Virus record (IMG/VR): IMGVR_UViG_3300030117_006365
Coordinates: 1 to 53,626 of that record
Length of the DNA stretch: 53,626 nucleotides
Direction: 5' to 3' (one strand)
Source: a virus
Taxonomy: Duplodnaviria > Caudoviricetes
The stretch's first letter is position 1, and the number at the start of each line of letters is the position of its first letter. Of the stretch, positions 50,270-53,626 are shown piece after piece. Made by a program: the position numbers and the translations under genes. Below the pieces are notes generated by a model. It saw only the letters and a program-made list of their open reading frames with translations, did no database searches and was not told where the DNA came from.

Positions 50270-51056
50270 ATATATATTAATACTATTTGCGTTTATTGGC
50301 TCGTTCGCTAATGCGCAAGGATATGACTTTCAACAATTGTGTTTAGATTGTGTAGAGCAAAATGGTTTTTATTGTGGAGATGATCCAGCAAACTGGACAC
50401 AATACTCACCTAACGGTTGTGTACCTAACGGTGCTGGTGGATTAGAATATTTAAATGACGGTTGGGAAGACTGTGTAGATGGTAGTGATGAGAATGGAGC
50501 AGTACCAACACCAGCTGAAGAGTGTGGACCCGTTAATCCACCTGATGGTTGTGATACTGTCTACGTTGATGTTCCAATTGTAGAAATAGATACAGTAGAA
50601 GTTGAAGTTCCATTTTATATATATGAAACCGAATTTATATTTGACACAATTATTGAAACAGAATACATCACAAACATCGTTATAGACACGTTTGAGATTG
50701 AAACATTTGTTCCGGAATACATTTATATAACTGATACAGTTTTTGTTTACGAGGATGTGTTAGACACATTATTCGTTGATGTTATTGAATACGTTGAAGT
50801 TGTTGTTTATGATACTGTCGTGGAAACACAAACAGAATATATTGAGATTTTCGTTGTTGACACCGTTGTAGAGTATGTAGAAGTAATAAACACTGAGTAT
50901 ATCGATTGTGACTCTGGTTTACCTTGTAATTCTGGAATACAAGAGGTTATAGATAAATCACTTCAAAACTCTGTAATATATAATCTACAGGGACAAGCGA
51001 TATTAACAAGAGAAGGATTATACATAGAGAACGGTAAAATTTATTATAAAAAATAA
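50262..51056 (+). CDS. Secreted protein with LDL-receptor class A-like motif, acidic VxDT repeats and T9SS-like C-terminal signal
   Basis: Signal peptide ...SFANA|Q; NDGWEDCVDGSDE; repeated (V/I)xDT; GIQEV...IYNLQGQ...GLYIENGKIYYKK. Confidence 0.7.
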   Translation: MNKYILILFAFIGSFANAQGYDFQQLCLDCVEQNGFYCGDDPANWTQYSPNGCVPNGAGGLEYLNDGWEDCVDGSDENGAVPTPAEECGPVNPPDGCDTVYVDVPIVEIDTVEVEVPFYIYETEFIFDTIIETEYITNIVIDTFEIETFVPEYIYITDTVFVYEDVLDTLFVDVIEYVEVVVYDTVVETQTEYIEIFVVDTVVEYVEVINTEYIDCDSGLPCNSGIQEVIDKSLQNSVIYNLQGQAILTREGLYIENGKIYYKK

Positions 51057-51400
51057 TGGCTAAAGAATTATCAGAAGATAGCAAGTTTCAAATAAGTGTT
51101 AAAACATTGATAGCTATAGTGATGGCTGTTGTTACAGTCGTTTCAGCTTATTTTGGTTTAATGGCAACAATCAACTCTAAGTTTTCAGAACTTGAAGTTA
51201 AGGTTAATGAAGCATTGGAACTACCAAAACCAGGTACTGGTACATATACTATAGACATGGGCGATCCAGCTGCTACCAACACGTGGCCTCCAACTAGAAT
51301 GGAGTTTAACATGAAAGATCAAATGGCTCGTAATAAAATCGATGCAGTAATAAAGGAGATGGATGAGATAAAAGAAGATATAAAATATTTAAGAAAATGA
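51056..51400 (+). CDS. Single-pass membrane protein with coiled-coil segments
   Basis: 114 aa; TM segment LIAIVMAVVTVVSAYFGLM; coupled to both neighbours. Confidence 0.7.
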   Translation: MAKELSEDSKFQISVKTLIAIVMAVVTVVSAYFGLMATINSKFSELEVKVNEALELPKPGTGTYTIDMGDPAATNTWPPTRMEFNMKDQMARNKIDAVIKEMDEIKEDIKYLRK

Positions 51401-51795
51401 TGAAACAAATAGACATTTCAAACTACCTTTATATATTACTAATGCTACTAGCCTTTGGTTGTGGTACTGTTATGGGTCAAGATTTTATCAATGGAGATTT
51501 TGATGAGAAGATAGCTAAAGATATTGTTGCTGTAGAGTTTTGGGCTGATTGGAATTCTGCTAATCAATTCAACGATTTAGTTAAATTAAAAGAGTGTGAG
51601 AAGTATAGATTAGATATAATGGCTAAAGCTGATATACAAGCTGAATATAATATAACAGGTATTCCAACTGTTATTATATTTGATAACGGAATAGAGAAAG
51701 CTAGGTTTAATCCTAATATAATGTTTAAATTAGATGCTTGTAAAAAAACAGTGCAACATTCTGTTGACACAATTAAACTAAGTAAATTTCAGTAA
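51397..51795 (+). CDS. Exported thioredoxin-fold protein lacking CxxC
   Basis: VAVEFWADWNSAN in place of WCxxC; YNITGIPTVIIFDNG cis-Pro motif; hydrophobic signal sequence. Confidence 0.75.
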   Translation: MMKQIDISNYLYILLMLLAFGCGTVMGQDFINGDFDEKIAKDIVAVEFWADWNSANQFNDLVKLKECEKYRLDIMAKADIQAEYNITGIPTVIIFDNGIEKARFNPNIMFKLDACKKTVQHSVDTIKLSKFQ

Positions 51796-51796
51796 T

Positions 51797-52015
51797 ATGA
51801 ATTATAGGAAGCAAATGACACCTGGGTTAAAAAAATTAAAAGATGATAGCCCTTTCAAAAACCCACAAAGTGGATTTGGAATGTGGAATCAAGAGAGAAA
51901 ATTAAGAAGACAGGATAGAGTTAGAGACAGAAGAATAGCAAAAGGTAAATTAAGTGTCGACCCAGGTATGCCTCATTTGGGTTATCAAAAAACACCTAGA
52001 GGAGGTTGGGATTAA
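51797..52015 (+). CDS. Small basic protein with RKQMTPG leader and SPFK motif
   Basis: 72 aa; MNYRKQMTPGLKKLKDDSPFK. Confidence 0.7.
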   Translation: MNYRKQMTPGLKKLKDDSPFKNPQSGFGMWNQERKLRRQDRVRDRRIAKGKLSVDPGMPHLGYQKTPRGGWD

Positions 52016-52026
52016 AATAAATTATT

Positions 52027-52815
52027 ATGGCTTATAAAATGAGAAGGGGTAATAGACCGGCTTTTAAGTCGCTTGGAAGTACACCATATAAAGCAGAAGA
52101 ATATCACGAATCAGAACCAACTGAGGTTGTAGAGCCAGATCCAGTTGAGACGCCGGAGCCTGTAGAAGTTGAAACAAACGAACCAACTGAAGATTTTAAC
52201 ATGATGGATAATCCTCCACCAGAAGACAACCAAGATCAAAATGTGCCAGAACCACCTCCAGAAGAAGATCGTATTGAAAACGAAGATGACACAGAGGAGG
52301 TTGTTGAAGAAAAAGAAGAAAAAGAATATGATGATCCAGAATTACAAAAGCTAGCTGATGACGCGAAAGCGTTTGAAGAGGAAGCTTTAAAAGCAGAAGA
52401 AGAAGGTAGTTTGTATCAGGATTTATCACCAGAAGAACAGGCTGCGATTGATGCTAATATGGAAAAATTTGCAACTTGGCCACCTAAGTTTGAAAATCAA
52501 GCAGAAGCTAATGCACATGGTTTTTATATAGACGGTAGTGGTAATGTGTGGCCAGACTCTGCAAAAGGCACCGCCAAGTACGACCCAACAAGTTTAATAC
52601 CAACAGGTGCTGCTTTTAATGCGTTTAAAGGTGGTATAAAATTATTAGGTAAAGGTGGGCAATGGTTAGCTAGAACGTTAAAACCAGCGAAAACTATTGC
52701 AAAAGTTAAAACAAAATTAGATAAATTTAAAGACAAAGATGGAAAATATCCACCAGGATATGATCCATTTCCATATAACACAAACGTTCAAGCTCAATAT
52801 GAGGATGAAAAATAA
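52027..52815 (+). CDS. Low-complexity protein of the MAYK-leader family
   Basis: 262 aa; MAYKMRRGNRPAFKSLGSTPYK, Glu/Pro-rich tract like ORF 31029, cationic amphipathic C-terminal part. Confidence 0.7.
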   Translation: MAYKMRRGNRPAFKSLGSTPYKAEEYHESEPTEVVEPDPVETPEPVEVETNEPTEDFNMMDNPPPEDNQDQNVPEPPPEEDRIENEDDTEEVVEEKEEKEYDDPELQKLADDAKAFEEEALKAEEEGSLYQDLSPEEQAAIDANMEKFATWPPKFENQAEANAHGFYIDGSGNVWPDSAKGTAKYDPTSLIPTGAAFNAFKGGIKLLGKGGQWLARTLKPAKTIAKVKTKLDKFKDKDGKYPPGYDPFPYNTNVQAQYEDEK

Positions 52816-52846
52816 AAAAAAGGGAGCCGAAGCTCCCTTTATTGTT
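52814..52846. terminator. Bidirectional intrinsic terminator between convergent gene blocks
   Basis: AAAGGGAGC-CGAA-GCTCCCTTT; the loop reads cUUCGg on the - strand; A-run on the left and T-rich sequence on the right. Confidence 0.9.
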
Positions 52847-53026
52847 TTAACTATTTTTAATAGCTTGAATTTGTTTTCTCACATTCTGAGCAGCCTCCTT
52901 AATTGTTTGCATACTCTTCCTAGCTCTAGTTCCGGCTGATTTATTTCCACCCATAAACTTTTCTATTTCTTCATGTGCGCTGTGCATTTCATCTTGCATA
53001 ACGTCTAATAATTCTTCTAAATTCAT
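52847..53026 (-). CDS. Histone H1-like (Hc1-family) small DNA-binding protein (59 aa, not in ORF track)
   Basis: Manual translation MNLEELLDVMQDEMHSAHEEIEKFMGGNKSAGTRARKSMQTIKEAAQNVRKQIQAIKNS; GNKSAGTRARK is the Hc1-like signature. Confidence 0.8.
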   Translation of the reverse strand: MNLEELLDVMQDEMHSAHEEIEKFMGGNKSAGTRARKSMQTIKEAAQNVRKQIQAIKNS

Positions 53027-53044
53027 ATTTTAAATTTTATTAAA

Positions 53045-53626
53045 TTAAACAACTTCACATGATCCACCAGCACAAGCTAACTCGCCTGATAAATCTGTGT
53101 TATCTTCAGCTTCAATAACTTTTGTTAAATCTACATTAGATAATACTTTGGACATTTTATTATATTTAGCTTCGTCAATGTCCTCAAACGGAGCTTGAGT
53201 ATATGTACCACCATCATATGGTAATACTGACAACCCATTGTAATACTCTCTATTTTCCCACATCCAATCACCTGCTTTTTTCCATTCATTCTCTTTTAAA
53301 GATATTGTAGCTGAAACATTGTGAGTGTTACTACCTCGTCTGTGGCCAGGTCGTATCCACTCTTGTGCAACACGCTTAACTCTCTCAAGAGTATCAAATG
53401 GTGATTCAGTTCTAAGTATTGAACCATTAGGTGCTTTTTGTGGTATGGAAATAACAGCGGTATCGTGAGGTCTGAAGTACTCATCTTCAATTAATTCATT
53501 ATGATTACCTAATAGATAGTTATATATAGCCTCATTCTTCCCTACGCGCATTCTACGGACATAATAATCATTATGCCAAGCATGAATACCCGAGGATGTT
53601 CCGAGGACCAGAGATGTCGTCCCTGC
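53045..53626 (-). CDS. nrdJ: Class II (adenosylcobalamin-dependent) ribonucleotide reductase, C-terminal part, truncated by the window edge
   Basis: Frame open to the window end: AGTTSLVLGTSSGIHAWHNDYYVRR...THNVSATI...GLSVLP...YTQAPFEDI...ACAGGSCEV with the C-terminal Cys pair. Confidence 0.9.
   Translation of the reverse strand, partial: AGTTSLVLGTSSGIHAWHNDYYVRRMRVGKNEAIYNYLLGNHNELIEDEYFRPHDTAVISIPQKAPNGSILRTESPFDTLERVKRVAQEWIRPGHRRGSNTHNVSATISLKENEWKKAGDWMWENREYYNGLSVLPYDGGTYTQAPFEDIDEAKYNKMSKVLSNVDLTKVIEAEDNTDLSGELACAGGSCEVV

Noticed and set aside
1615-52781. Numerous - strand and alternative-frame ORFs in the track (e.g. 1615-1938, 3734-4156, 14765-15184, 33729-34142, 39290-39610, 48019-48282)
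   Set aside because: They lie inside longer, motif-bearing + strand genes and have shadow-ORF composition with no recognisable motifs.
208-52815. Stop-codon reassignment as seen in some Bacteroidota phages
   Set aside because: Genes are long and intact in the standard code, and TAG (20285-20287) and TGA (e.g. 47558-47560) end genes right before the next start.
53045-53551. 168-aa ORF as a complete gene starting at 53551
   Set aside because: The frame stays open to the window end with conserved reductase sequence, so the Met at 53551 is internal.
1-53626. tRNA, rRNA, integrase or transposase genes
   Set aside because: Intergenic gaps are short and AT-rich with no cloverleaf seen by eye, and no recombinase motifs were noticed; tRNAscan-SE/Infernal were not run.

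Overview
This window is an AT-rich fragment of a tailed dsDNA bacteriophage, most likely a podovirus-type marine phage of a Bacteroidota/Flavobacteriia host. The host call is inferred from A-rich starts without Shine-Dalgarno sites, Gln-exposing signal peptides, a T9SS-like C-terminal signal and an Hc1-like gene. Nearly all of it (208-52815) is one + strand late/morphogenesis region: groEL-groES, holin, a second GroES-like gene, terminase subunits, portal, scaffold, major capsid protein, tail proteins including a 2344-aa stabilisation/nozzle-type protein, putative internal/ejection proteins including a 3182-aa multidomain protein, and a DUF5675-type candidate endolysin. This region converges at a bidirectional terminator on a - strand Hc1-like gene and a truncated class II ribonucleotide reductase. 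The strongest unexplained signals are: (1) about 11 dispersed, otherwise dissimilar ORFs sharing a basic M-[AGS]-[FY]-K or RKQMTPG leader and/or an [ST]-P-[FLY]-K motif at module boundaries, one of them a HExxH metallopeptidase, suggesting a phage-encoded sorting and processing system for capsid cargo; (2) an exported-protein cassette (beta-barrel, LDLa-motif protein with T9SS-like tail, membrane protein, thioredoxin fold lacking CxxC); (3) a recurrent intergenic TGTAAyTAT-like motif; (4) a G-rich tract at the left end. All family calls come from motifs recognised by eye; no database searches were run.
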